NCBI GenBank assembly: GCA_036172245.1
Contig: JAYWIR010000015.1
Location: forward strand, 1,364,001-1,428,000
Direction of reading: 5' to 3'
DNA length: 64,000 bases
Origin: Raillietiella orientalis
Taxonomy: Eukaryota
In this document: piece after piece, positions 11,531 through 23,245 of the stretch
Layout of the letters: each line of letters starts with the position of its first letter
Numbering within the stretch: position 1 is the stretch's first letter
The notes under the pieces: generated by a model
Seen by the model: only the letters and a program-made list of their open reading frames with translations
Databases searched by the model: none
What the model was told of the DNA's origin: nothing
Translations under genes and position numbers: made by a program

Positions 11531-14500
11531 CTTTTTCTCTCTTCTTCACAGACCGCCGTTACCCGGATTTTTGGCAGCGGCGTCGGCGCTTCCTTTCGGG
11601 CGCGGGATCTCTCTTCCTCTCTTGGGCTTTTCTTTTTTTTTCGTGTGCTCCGTTTGCCTTCCCGTGGGATAGCCGGAATGACTATGATGTCAAAAGGAGG
11701 GCATGCCGAATCGCTTCTTGGGCTGCCGAGTCTCTCCTTGCGGTGCGGGAGGGACCGTAATTCTCCGCAGTGGAGGCTCGCAAGGAAGACGAAGGGGGGG
11801 AGGGGATGGATGCTCTTCTCGTTGCCCTCTTCTCCATCCTGCTGAGCGGTAGCGAGAAGGAGGAAAAAGCCATGGAAACCTGCTGTCCTCACCTCGTCTG
11901 TTTCCAGGAGAGTGACAGGAGTTCCGTGAGAGGAACCGCCGCTGGTGGGCGTTCGTTGCTGCGCGACACGCGTCACCGGGATACAGAGCCAAGCTTGGAG
12001 ACAGCCCAGCTACACCGACGGAAGGGAGGGGAAGGAGGATTCCCGGAGTTCCTTTCGTCCCCGTGTGAGAGGGGAGAGGAGGAAATCCTCCAGACTGCGA
12101 GGATCATGCTGCCGGACGGTATGAGTCCCAGGAGTGTGAAAACGGCACCCCCTCACCCCCGGGAGTGACGCATCGATACACTTCTCCTTCTCTTCTTCTT
12201 CAGCTCTAGGACTGCTTCCAGACGGGAGCTCCACGCCGCTTGGGTGCCCGAAGGGACCGCGCAAGCACGACAGAAGGTATGGAGTGGCGATCATCCGTCC
12301 ATTTCCAAGGGATGCACTGATCCTGAATCCCACTGTTCTTGGGGAAAAAGAGGGGGGTTGGGAGGGGCTAGGAGTGGGGGACTGCATTTTTCAGCTTCCG
12401 ACGCGGACTGTGTCGCTCCTCTAAAGAAAGCAGTGCGCCGGGCACGTGATCAAGGAGGCACAAAAGATCGAGATCGGCTCGCAAGTCAAGGTCGTGGACC
12501 GAAAGAGCTGCTCCTCTACTCCTCTTCCTTCTCTGCCACAAGGGGGTCCCAACTACTGACAGTAGCCAAGGTGGCTTGCCGCCGAGGAGCATCTTTCGAG
12601 AGTGTCCGGTAACCTTGTGGCTCAGTTCCACCGTAAAGGGCCCCGCGTCTCGACCTTGCAGTGGCCGCTTCCTTGCAGGAGAAACGGGTCGTCTAATCCT
12701 GTCCGAGCCTCCACCTGAGCGGAGAAAGTCCTTCGGGCGTCGCCAGGACGGTACAGCCCAAGGACGAGACCTTTGGACACCCACTGCCTCTCCACAGCCC
12801 CCAGGCAACAGTTCTGGAGTTCCTTGCAGCCGGACACCCCCTCTCCTTCCATCCACGAGGTGCACCAGCCAGGAGGACCCCCCGAGATGGACCTCCGAAT
12901 AGCTAGCACCTGCCCGAGCTACCAGTCCCTCCCTCCCGTGCCTTCCCGGAGCGAGAGTCCCTCAACGGGACCGAAAGGGAAGAAGGGGTGTGTGGAGGAG
13001 TGACGAGTCGGCTTTGCTTTGTTAGACGAACGCGATGCCAATCGGAGGGAGGGGGAGGGGCGCCGCGAGGCCGGATTCACCGCCGAAGGGATTCTCAGAG
13101 CCCTCGGGCTGGATGTCGGGCAGAAGCGCGGCCTTCCTCGAGGAAAGGGCGGCGCTCTAGAGCACGGAGAGCGGCGAGCACAGGGTCCCAATGGGTGAAG
13201 AGGGACAATTCCCGGAGGGAGGGGAAATTCCACCCATCCTCCGGGAATCTCTCGGAGAGGAAAGAGGTAGAAGTAGCAGCACGGAGGGGACACATCAAGG
13301 CAAAAAGGACGCTGGTCTATTTGACCCGGGGTGCGCTCGTGACTCACCTCCACGTTCTCCTTCAAACCGTGGTTCTCCTCCTACGGGACCCGGGGAGCGG
13401 AGAACTCCAGGGTCATCGGGAATCGGAGCGTTGTCCTCCCTCCACAACTCCCTGTGCAGGGAGGGACCTTCCCTCTCTGCGGAGACACGACCGACAGGTT
13501 CTCTCGAAAGGGAGATGCTGTCTGGAATCCGGGAAGGAGGAAGCCAATAAGACACGGGATGACGTGTATCCAGAGGAGTTCTGTGAGCGTGAGGGGTAGC
13601 AGCTGACCGAAGAGGTGGACGGATGCCGCTGGACCTACCTTGGAAGGCGCAGCGGCGCTTCGCTTCCCTGGCTCCCGCAGCGGCGAAGAACCAGAGCCCC
13701 TTGCCGAGGTCACACGTCCTTTTGTAGCGCGTTCGTGTTCCCTCCGCTCATTCCCCTCCGCCCCCCACTCTCTGTGCCTCGTGGTAAAAAGGAGAGTTAG
13801 TCCTCTCCGCCAGCCCGGACGGGATTTTCAGGCCTGTAAGCCTCGGGACTGGGGCCGGCACTGGACAAAGACCTTCTGACAGCTCGACTGCCTGGGAGGA
13901 CCGGCCCCTTTCCTCTCCCGAGTTCGGTATCTCTCCCAAGACGGCGGAGCGACCCTTTGCTTCCCTAAGAAGGGAAGGAGAGAGGAAAGGGGAACTTCGG
14001 AAAGAGACCCCAGACACGTGGGCTGAGATGGATCGCAAGCTCACAGGGCGTGTATTGGGTGCGGAAGGAGGCGGGAAGAAAATGGAGGGGCAGAGAGAAG
14101 GGATGGTCCCGCGATCATTAGCAGGGATCGCCGATTGGGGAGGGGAGGGGGCAGAGAAAAGGGAAGGAAACGAAGGACTCGCTGCTCCTTGTCCTCCAGT
14201 GAAGCATTTGGCGCTCTGGAGGCAGGAACAGATGGGAGAGAGGAGGACGAGTGAGTGGGAAGGGTCGAAGCCCCAATATCCTGGAAGAGCGCCAAGCCCT
14301 CCTCCTGCCTCGCCGCTCTCGCGGAAATCAGCGATCTCCGAAGGAACCGGAGGGGGGTGACCTTGAGCGGACCACATCCGTCTCCTCCCCATCCTTTCCA
14401 CCTTGCACTCTTCCCTTCCCCCTGTCTCCTTTCTCTGCTCTTCCTTTTCCACCTCTGTGTCCTGCTTTTTCTCCTCCTCCGCAGCGGAAGCGGTGATGGA

Positions 14501-14749
14501 AAGCTGCCCGCGAACCCAGGCGACCCTCTGACACCACAGTCCCATCACGGCTCTAGGCGTCTCGCCACACGCCTTGGTGACGACCCCAAGAGCCGACTCC
14601 CTCCCTCCTTCCTTATCATCGCCCCTTCCTGACCCGACTGCCGCTCGGTGGCCGTCAAGGTCTCCAGCCAGAGAGCAGCCCTCGTACTGCGGCGGCGGCG
14701 CGAGTGATGCTGGGGACCTCCCCTCCACGGAGGGAGGGAGATACGGTGC

Positions 14750-15200
14750 CATCACCAGGAAGCCATCCCCGGGGAAGGCCCTGATTCTTCCGCGTGCACG
14801 AGGCGTGTTCTTCCCGGGATAGAACTGGCAAGGCGCTTCCCTACGAAAGCACCCATACAGGGTCACCCCTGTCAAGGCTGAAAGAAAACCAACAAGAGAA
14901 ATGTAACAGCCGCGCGACTTGATTGGATGTGCCCGGTGGGTGCACAAGCCAGGAAAGGTCACCACCAGGTCTCCGCTCCTTATCCAGGCGTCCCTCCCGC
15001 GAACCTGAAGAAATCGCCCGTACCCGACTCCGCCTTCTACCAGCTCACGAGAATTCGCGGTATCCTAGCAGCGTCGGCACAAGCGCCTGCGGTCGGTCAG
15101 GGGGGGGAGGGGAACCTTCGCATAAGCAGGCAGGGCTGAGGGAGGCAGTGTCCGTGCTCGAGGATGCTCCAGCACACTAGTGAACGCATCCCCTGAACCG
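14750..15200 (+). mobile_element. Possible decayed non-LTR element CCHC region (R2/NeSL-like)
   Basis: RTRLRLLPAH...SACG...GE.SH and RMLQHTS across frames loosely resemble RL..LP...C..CG...ET..HI...C....R..RH. Confidence 0.22.
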
Positions 15201-16879
15201 CCATCCCTCACGGGTAGCTCTCCGTGACCTTGATGACACGGGGGGATCGAAGGATGGGAGGCGGGAGACCTTCCGGAACGGGGATGATTGCGTGGGAAGG
15301 AGGAAGAGGAAAAGAAGTGGAATGAGGACGGAAGGAATGAATGCAAGAAATGGGGGAGAAAGAAGGGGAGGAAGGAGAATGTCCCTCTCCTTCCGGAGCA
15401 CGGGGACGGACAGAGGAAGCTGGATGAATGGGAGGTGGCCCTCTGGGGAGAACATGGATCGACCCCAAGGACAAATAGAGTAAGCTGCCCTGCCTCTGCC
15501 TTCCCCTCCGGCAGCTCCTCAGCTTTGCGCAGGGGAAAGACGGGCTCGAGGAACCGAAAGGTCACGGAGGAAATAAGGGATGAAGAAAGGGGAGACTGCA
15601 GGAAGAACCGCCATCCGCCTCTGAAAAGATGGGAAAGGGTTTTGTCGGCTGACCCCCTGCGCTTCTCGCGCTCCATCTTCAGGGCACCGGCTGAGGGAGG
15701 GAGGCACCAATGCGAAGCCGCCGGAGGAGGGAAGAAACGGGAAAGCAGTCCGAAATGCACATCCGGGCAGTTCCTTCCCTGCCCTCAGGACTCGCGCTTT
15801 GCGGTCCCGATCGATTTCTTTCCTCCTCTACCTCTCCCTCCTCAGCATCAGCAGCAGCATCACCGTCGTCACTCCTCCTCCTCCCCCTCATGATCCCCGC
15901 TGCTGCCGTTCCCCATCACAGCTCGTTCCTTTCCTCGTCTTCTTCCTCCTCCTTTCCCCTGCTCCCCTCTCGTCTTCACTCTCGTTGCTCCCCCTCACTC
16001 GGAAGCCGGATACTCATCTCCGCACCGTTGCGTGGCAACGGCTCTGGCTCGGGTCGAGAGAATCCCACCCAGCGTCCGCCAGCGGCCTCATAGGGACGCG
16101 CGTCTCTCAGTGATCTCGAGATCATTGGAGAAAGGAGGGGAATGGGGAATTGTGGGGGGGGGGGGGTTCCACCCCTCCTCCCTGGCATCCCTCTGCCCCT
16201 TCCCGCGGTTTCCGGGGGGACGCCGACCGCCAGCGCGACGATCCTCCCGCACTTCAAAGGGTGCCTTTCCGCGCGTGCGGCCTCGCGTGCGTGGGAGAGG
16301 CTCGCCCGAACCGCCGAGTCAGCCGACACGGAAACCGCAATCCGCCGCCGTGCCCGGCGACCCTCCAGCCAACGGGCGGTCGGGAGCCGACGGGCTCCCG
16401 CCTCTCCCTGACGCCTTCCGAGATCTCCCTCGCGCTCCAAGCGTCTCCTCCTCCTCCCCTTCTCCCTCCCTTTTTTCCCTTCTTCTCCTCCTCTCTCCGC
16501 CCGGATTGTGAATTCGAGAAAAAAACAGGGAGAGCCAAGAGGGAGGAGGAGGAAGACGAGAGGAGGCGACGCTTCTTCCAGGGATCGCCGCTGGATTGCT
16601 GTCGTTCTCAAGCAGCGCCCTTCTACTCCTGCGTGGCGCTCTCACACCTTGCATTACCATAATGTCTCCTCCTTCTCCCGTCCCCCCTCCCTCCATCCCG
16701 GAAGTTATGCCTCCTCCCGTTTCCATGGAGAGGAGGAGCGGAAGATGAGCAATTCAATTTTGGAAAAGGAGCTGATCGATGCGCAGCACCGCCGCCGCCG
16801 CAGCAGTCCCGCCCGGCTCCCCGTCTCGGTCCGGCGGTCGGGAGAACGCGGGGTGGCGGCGGCCGCTAACGCCTCACCT

Positions 16880-18040
16880 GGCGCGACCTCGACCCGAGGA
16901 CGCGACCCTCCGTGAATCCAGACTCATGGCGCGAGGAAGGGAGCGTCCCTGCCCTTCTCTTTGGACGGTGTCCCTCTCCACTCTGTCCTGCCGAGCGTTC
17001 CCTGCTCGCACATGAGGGGGCACGCCTGCCCCCAGGCAATGAATCCACGGAGACTCCTGGCGAGTCTGTGGCCCGTTCGGGAGGGAGCAGGGGATAGCCG
17101 CGCGCGCCGTTTTTCGGCAGCTTCTCCCTACGTCTCTGCCTTGCCGCTTCCAGGAAGGACCCGGCTGATCTGGAGCGCGTTCCGGAGGACGTCCTCACGG
17201 GTTCTGGGGCCACTTGCAGCCGCCGAGCCCTCGAATGGGCCTCCTCCGACATCCTCCGCGGGTTTTGCGCAGGGCACGAGCGAGAGGAGGGAGATGCGAG
17301 CCCTCCGGGAGCTGGCTGGGGCACTGGATGCACAGCTGAACATCCGCCGATCCCGCTCGAAGGTTCACCTACGGGAAGGGCGGGGCGGAGAAGAGGACCT
17401 TCTTTCCAGCTCCGCAGGACAAGACGAGGAGAATTCCGGGTTAGCGTCGCCGAGCACCACCTGGAAGATCCCTCAAAAGAGCGGCTGTTGATGGCATGGC
17501 GGCGGCTACACACCGCCTTCCAGGCCGCCGCCTTCTTGGCCATCCGCCGAAGAGCAGCGGCGCCAGGGGATCTCCGGAAAGGAGACCGCAGGCACCGCAC
17601 GTGCAGATGTGCAGGGGGAGGGGAAGGGGAGAGAAGGGAGGAATCCAAGCGGCCTTCATCTTCTGTCCCTCCTCCCATCAACCCCTTGGCAGGAGAACCG
17701 CTTCCTTCCCTCCCCACCCCTTTGCAGAGTCGCCGTCCTGGCCAGAAGGGAGCGAACTCTTCCTGGCACTTCTCGGAACACGCCCTCTTCAGATATCCCG
17801 TTTCCCTCCTTCTCCTCCTCTTCCTCCTCAGGTAGAGCCTTCGGGTTTGGGCTGCAGAAAGCGCTTCCCGAGTGCGACGACCACGAGTTGTGGGGACTCT
17901 CCAGGAGCTCATCCTGCCGGACGCCGGTAACACCGGGGATGCCCCGGTCCGCCGAGAGTGGAAAAGCCCAGAGATGCAGCCTTCCGCGAGGCAGAGGCCG
18001 GCCCGGTGGCGGAGCGGTCCTCGGCCCCAAAACTGGAGGA
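16880..18040 (+). mobile_element. Decayed L1/Tx1-like ORF2 fragment (endonuclease end to RT start)
   Basis: Ordered degenerate motifs: AQLNIRRSRSKVHLREG (~GA.IRSR...L.EGE), then GMPRSAESG...LPRGRG...PQNWR (~G.MP.S...G.I.L.PK....NWRP). Part of it recurs inverted at 19560-19815. Confidence 0.4.
17445..17712 (+). repeat. Inverted repeat arm 1 (partner 19558-19815)
   Basis: For example, 17566-17592 ggggatctccggaaaggagaccgcagg is the reverse complement (1 mismatch) of 19672-19698; similarity extends over about 260 nt. Confidence 0.9.
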
Positions 18041-19557
18041 AGGGAAGAGAGCGGTAGCGACGCTGCAGTTGGTCCATCCTGCGTTCGTTCCTTTCCCTTC
18101 CGTTCACAGGCGGTGAGCTGCGCCTCTGCAGGGAGGAGGGGATAGGAGGGGAGCCAGTGGGCGGCATTGCCCTACCGTGACCTCGATCGGGAAGCCCCTG
18201 ACCGCTGGCTGAAATAGCAGCAGAGGTGGCGTCAGAAGTATCCTTCTTTCCTTCCTTGCCCTTGGGCTCCTGGAAGCCGACCTCGTTTCCTCAGGGATGC
18301 GGTCCCTTTTTCCTTCCCCGTCCCCGCTCCTTTCCAAGAATTGGTCGCCATTGGATTCGAGAGCCCTCACCAGAGGCATCTGCAGGTCCGGAAGTGGATG
18401 CTCACCCCTTCCCCTCCCTTGTCTTTCTCCAGCCTGAGAAGTGTGAAGGGGGCAGGGATGGTCTCCTCCGAGTCCCAAGGAAACCACGCCCTCGATCCGC
18501 CGCTGCTTGCGGAAAAAAACGAGTCGTTGGTTACAGAACTACAAAAAAGGTCACTTTATTGACTGCTCGGGAGCCCCCCATCCTTTCCACTTTCGAGAAG
18601 GAAGGCGACCAGCAACATACATCCCGGCCGTCGTTGGGGAGACGTGGGGATGCTGGAATGCGGAGACCCCACGTTTCGGCGTCTCCCGGCGGCACACTCC
18701 TGGCAGCTTTCGGATCTCGGGGGAGGGAGATGGAGGCCAGCAGGAGGCCTCTTAGGGGAGGGGAGAAGGAAGGAATGGTCTTTCCTGGGGTCCTCCCAGA
18801 GAGAAGGACAGGAACACGCTCTCTGGGAGCACAAGAGGGGGCCGCTTTCGCCTTGGCAGGCGACCGCTCTGCAGGCCACTCCAATAGTTCGTTCGTGAGC
18901 CTCTTCTCCTTTTTGCCTCGGGCATTTCCAAGCCACAGTCCTTCTTGCAGCTCCACCAACAGCATCATGAGGAAGAGAGGAGGGAGGATCGATCCTCTTC
19001 CTGGAAAGAGCATCCTCCCTCTTCTCCTCCTCTTGCTGCCGATGTGGGCTCCTCTTGCCCCATCCGGGGAGTCAGTCGTCCGCAGCCCTATCCCCCTGCG
19101 GAGCGCCAAGCGTCCGCCAGAAGCTTCCACCGCAGAGAAACGCGGCGAACGGGTGGGTCGGATCGTCTGTCCAGCACGAAGGGGAGGCTGCCACATGGAA
19201 AATGAAGCAGCAGCATTTACCCGGGGCCTTCAGACGGAAACCCCTCACATCCGGGACCCTCACTCCAGGGATGGAACAGAGTTTCCAAGGAGGGAAGACA
19301 TTAATCCCATCCGGATGAAGATCAGCAGGAAGAGGAAGGACGAGGGACGAGGAGGAGGATGACGGGTTGGCTCGTCCAGCGCCCGTTCTTTTCCCTGGAT
19401 TCCTGGTGGCGCCTTTCTTTATCTGCTCGGCGCTGCTGGGGGATTCCGCGAGTCGTTGGTCGACTTGGACTCTATAGAGAGCTGCCGCCGCCCCCGGGGG
19501 GCGCGCGGCCATCCTTGCTTCCGCGGAGGGAGGCAGGCGGGTCGCCCGCCGCCCAGG

Positions 19558-19815
19558 AGGGAACGGAAGAGAAAGAACTTCTGTCGAAGGGGAGACGAGA
19601 GAAGAGGCAGGAGATGGAAGCCGTCCGGATTCCTTCCCTCCTCCTCCCCTTGCACGTGTGCACGAGCGACTCCTGCGGCCTCCTTTCCGGAGATCCCCCG
19701 CCGACGCTTCTCTTCGGCTGATGGTCGAGGCGGCGGCGTCCTGGAAAGCGGCCCGCTGCCGCCGCCATCATCAGCGGCTCCTTCGGGGGATCTTCCAGGT
19801 GGCACGCGGCCGTGC
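19558..19815 (-). repeat. Inverted repeat arm 2
   Basis: Reverse-complement similarity to 17445-17712 (shared gatcttccaggtgg and cctttccggagatcccc cores). Confidence 0.9.
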
Positions 19816-19951
19816 CACCCTGGGATTCCCCGCGACTGCTGCTTGCAGTGTCGGTGGCAGTAGAGGGGAGAAGAGATGAGAGAGGGAAGGGAAGCGACAT
19901 ACAGGGAGACTCCATAGTGAGTTCAGAGGGAGCGTGGAGGGCGCAAGGATG

Positions 19952-20196
19952 CTCCTCCACGGAAAGCGCCAAGGCGCATCATCATTCCTCCGGCGTGAAG
20001 CCGGGAGAAAGAGAGAGGGGGAAGACGGGATCGGTTGTCCCAGGAGGCTGCGGATGGAGGAAGCTGACCGCCCGGGAGCGACCTCTTGCGCCTCTCTTCG
20101 CAAGCGCGACCTCCGGACTGGATCCCGGGAACTTTTCGGCAGCTCTCTTGGGGGGTACTGCACCCCTATTCGGAGAGGGACCACGGCAGCTCGGAT
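19952..20196. repeat. Direct repeat copy 1 (partner 22997-23245)
   Basis: 19970-20098 versus 23015-23143: 129 nt with 2 mismatches by manual alignment; flanks more diverged. Confidence 0.95.
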
Positions 20197-21152
20197 TTCC
20201 CCGCATCCGCTCGTTCCAGCGTCCTCGGGAGAGAGAGTGGAAGGAGGGGGGGAAAGCAGGACAGGACGTCCCGAGATTGCGAAGGGAAACAAACCCCTTT
20301 CGCGCTTCCTCCCTCCCCCATGAACCCGGGTCACCACGCCCATGCTCTCTCTCGCTCTCCTCGCAGAGGAGGGTGCCCGCCTCCCGGTAGCGTTTCCCGG
20401 CGCGAATGGTGGAGCTCTCTGGTCGCCGGAGAAGGGAGGGGGGGGACGGAGGGACGGACAAGGATGGGGGAAGGATAAAGGGGAGTGCAGGCGACACAGC
20501 GGCGGCAGCACGCCGGGAACGTGCCCGGCGGGAGGCCCTGCGCGTCCCGCCAATCTGGCGATCCCGTTTCGCGGCGCGCGGACGCTCCTCCTGATTTTCA
20601 TATCAAAGCGTTCCCTGCTCCCTCATCTGCATGCGCGCGAGCCGGGAGCACGCGCGCTTTCCTTCCCGGAGAGGAGCGCGGTCCCTCCCCACGCGTTAAT
20701 TGGATGCCCGCGATCGGGGGGAAGCGGGAGCAGGAGGAGGAGGCGTTCTGCTGGCCTGCGAGGAGAACTGGCCCTCGGCCCCCGGAGGGTCCTCCTGCTC
20801 CCTTTCTATTCTCCTACCCGGCAAGGGCCTCGCTTCTCCTCTTCCTCTTCCTCCTCCCTTTCTCTCCTGCCCCGGAGCACTTCGCCGCCACTGGGACTCG
20901 TCTCTCGCTCGCTCGCGCGCGCGCGCGTGCGCGCCGCCTCTCCCCCCAGCCGGCTCGGCCGCGCCCGCTATGCAAATGCGGCTGGTCGGGAAGCCGTGCG
21001 TCCGCCCCTTCCGTCCGCCGCGGCGCGCGCTCGGCTCGGTCGGCAGCACCGGCAATTAAAGCGGCGAATATGGAAGGCCTCTCGGTGTTCCTTCCGCGGG
21101 AGCGCTCCTGATTGGCGGCGGCGGGGCGCGCGCCGGGGACGGGTTCAATTAA

Positions 21153-21237
21153 CGCGGCGGCGGTGGCGGCGGCGGTGGCGGTGGCGGCGGCGGCGGCGGC
21201 GGCGGCGACGGCAGCAGCGAAGGGGGGGGGGGGGGGG
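21153..21237. repeat. (GGC)n tract followed by a G homopolymer
   Basis: Visible imperfect GGC/GGT repeat, then a long G run. Confidence 0.9.
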
Positions 21238-22996
21238 TGCGCACGCGCCCCGTCCAACGCTCCCCTCCGGCACGAGCCGGGCGCTTACGAAACATCCACG
21301 GCGCGGGACCCTTCGCCCGTCCCCTCCCGCCCCGGGACCGGGGTGCCCGCGAGGTGACGCGCTGCCGTCTACCCGAAGGACACGTCCCCGGTGCCGAACG
21401 CGCGGCGGAAGACGGCGGAGAGTGGAAGGGGGAGGGGGGGAGGTGCGCGCATTTTCGTCCTCCCTCACTCACTCACGAGCCCTCCATCGCCTCTTCCGTC
21501 CACGAAGACAACTCCAGAGAAGACAATCCCGGGAAAGGCACGAGAAGGACCTGGAAAGGCAAGGGAGGGGGAGGAGAAGGAAAAGGGAGGGGGGTCGCCA
21601 CATCTCTTAGACCGCTCTTTTCTCCCCCCCCTTCCCCTCTCCCTTCCCCTCTTCCTCTTCCCCTTTCTTCTGCTCCTCCCCTCCTGATCCTCCTTCCTGA
21701 TCCCCGCCGCCGCTGCTGCTCCCCATCCCTCCTTCTCCCGAGCCGCTTTGGGAGGGGAGGAGGGCGCACGCTCTCCGGACGGGCTGCTGTTTCTCCCCCG
21801 AACACACCGCCCCCTACCTGCTGGGACGCACCGGGGATGAGAAAAGCACAGCCTCCCTCGCACTCCTTCGCCGCCGCGGGTCCACCGGGCACCGGGCACA
21901 CCCGCCGCCGCCGCACTCGGGGAGAGCGCGTCCTCTTTTGTCCACTGCTATCCGTCGCACGCACGGGAACGCGGACGCGCAGGCGCGGGACGTACGCGCG
22001 CGCCCGCCCGCGGCTCCCTGGTGCCAGTGTCCTGCTCCTCCTTCCGAGAGGACCGTGAAAACGGGGAAAGGAACGAGAGGAGAGGGGAAGGAGAGATCGT
22101 GCCGCGTTCCCCAGGAGACCCTGGAACGCTCCTGAGGGGAACCCTCGACTTCCCTGGCCTGGAGAGGGTTCGCGCAGCCATGGCGGCGCGACGCGAGAAA
22201 GCAGAAAGTGAAGCAGGGAGGAGAAAGGGAGAGGAAAGGGGGGGGGGGAGGAGGGGAGAAAGCGATGATGGACGACGTGAGGTGTGCCGCCTGTCCACGC
22301 CCCCTTTCTTTCCTGACTCCCTGTTCCCTCCGAGCCCGTTCGGCGGGCCTTCTCCCGGGAAGCAGTCCCAGGTCTGCCTCCCTCCCTCCCCCTCGGCGCC
22401 GTCACTCTCTCCCTCCCGAGGAGGAGAGCTCGGCCGCCAGCACTGTCCAGGGAGGGTGAGCGGCATCCTCTGACGACGGAGGCGGCGGCGCGGTCCCTGG
22501 CTCGGCCGACTCTCCGCAGGCACGCGCTCCGCGGAAGCGGAGCCCTCGCGTGGCAGCCACCGCCGCCGTCGCCGCCGCCGCCGCCGCCGCCTGGGGCCAC
22601 GGAGGCCGGGCGGAAGGTGAGAGCAGAGAACAGCGGGCTCCTGCCAGTGCTCGTCCTCGCCGGGGAGGGGCAGTGCTGGCCGATCTCCCTTTCCGCTTCC
22701 GGCCGCTCGGCACTCGGCGGGAAAGCGCGAGCGGGTCGAGGAAGCTGCGCACCCCCTCCTCCCCCGAGAGAACCGGCGGTCGAATCCTTTCCGTAAATGC
22801 TTGCCGTATCCCTCCTCCCCCCCTGCAGCTCAGGAACACGTTCAGGGAGACTCCACGAAGACCTGACGCCAGCCTTGCCCTTCTTCCCTCGGCCGTCTCC
22901 GGGCAGCATCCGACGGCGCGAAGCCGCCTCCCAGCCTGTGCTGAGGCGCAGAGCACCCGCGAGGACTTCCGCCACCGCCTTCGGGTTGCGATTTCC

Positions 22997-23245
22997 CTCC
23001 TCCGCGGAGAGGGTCAAGGCGCATCATCATTCCTCCGGCGTGAAGCCGGGAAAAAGAGAGGGGGGGAAGACGGGATCGGTTGTCCCAGGAGGCTGCGGAT
23101 GGAGGAAGCTGACCGCCCGGGAGCGACCTCTTGCGCCTCTCTTTGCACGCGCGATCCCCGGACTGGACTCTGGGAACGTTTCGGCAGCTCCTGAGGCGGG
23201 GAAGAACCAACCCCCCATTAAGAGAAGAACCAAGGCAGCTCGGAT
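22997..23245. repeat. Direct repeat copy 2 (probably within a decayed LINE endonuclease region)
   Basis: Same alignment, offset 3045 nt; followed by GSENELNSSLSD (~G.WKLNSSLL.D of L1/Tx1). Confidence 0.93.

Noticed and set aside
12200..13600. Possible further Tx1-like relic (RARDQGG..., RTLVYLTRGALVT)
   Set aside because: Too degenerate to call without a profile search
20342..23017. ORFs of 422 aa (+) and 514 aa (-)
   Set aside because: Translations of GGC/GA simple repeats; no coding signature
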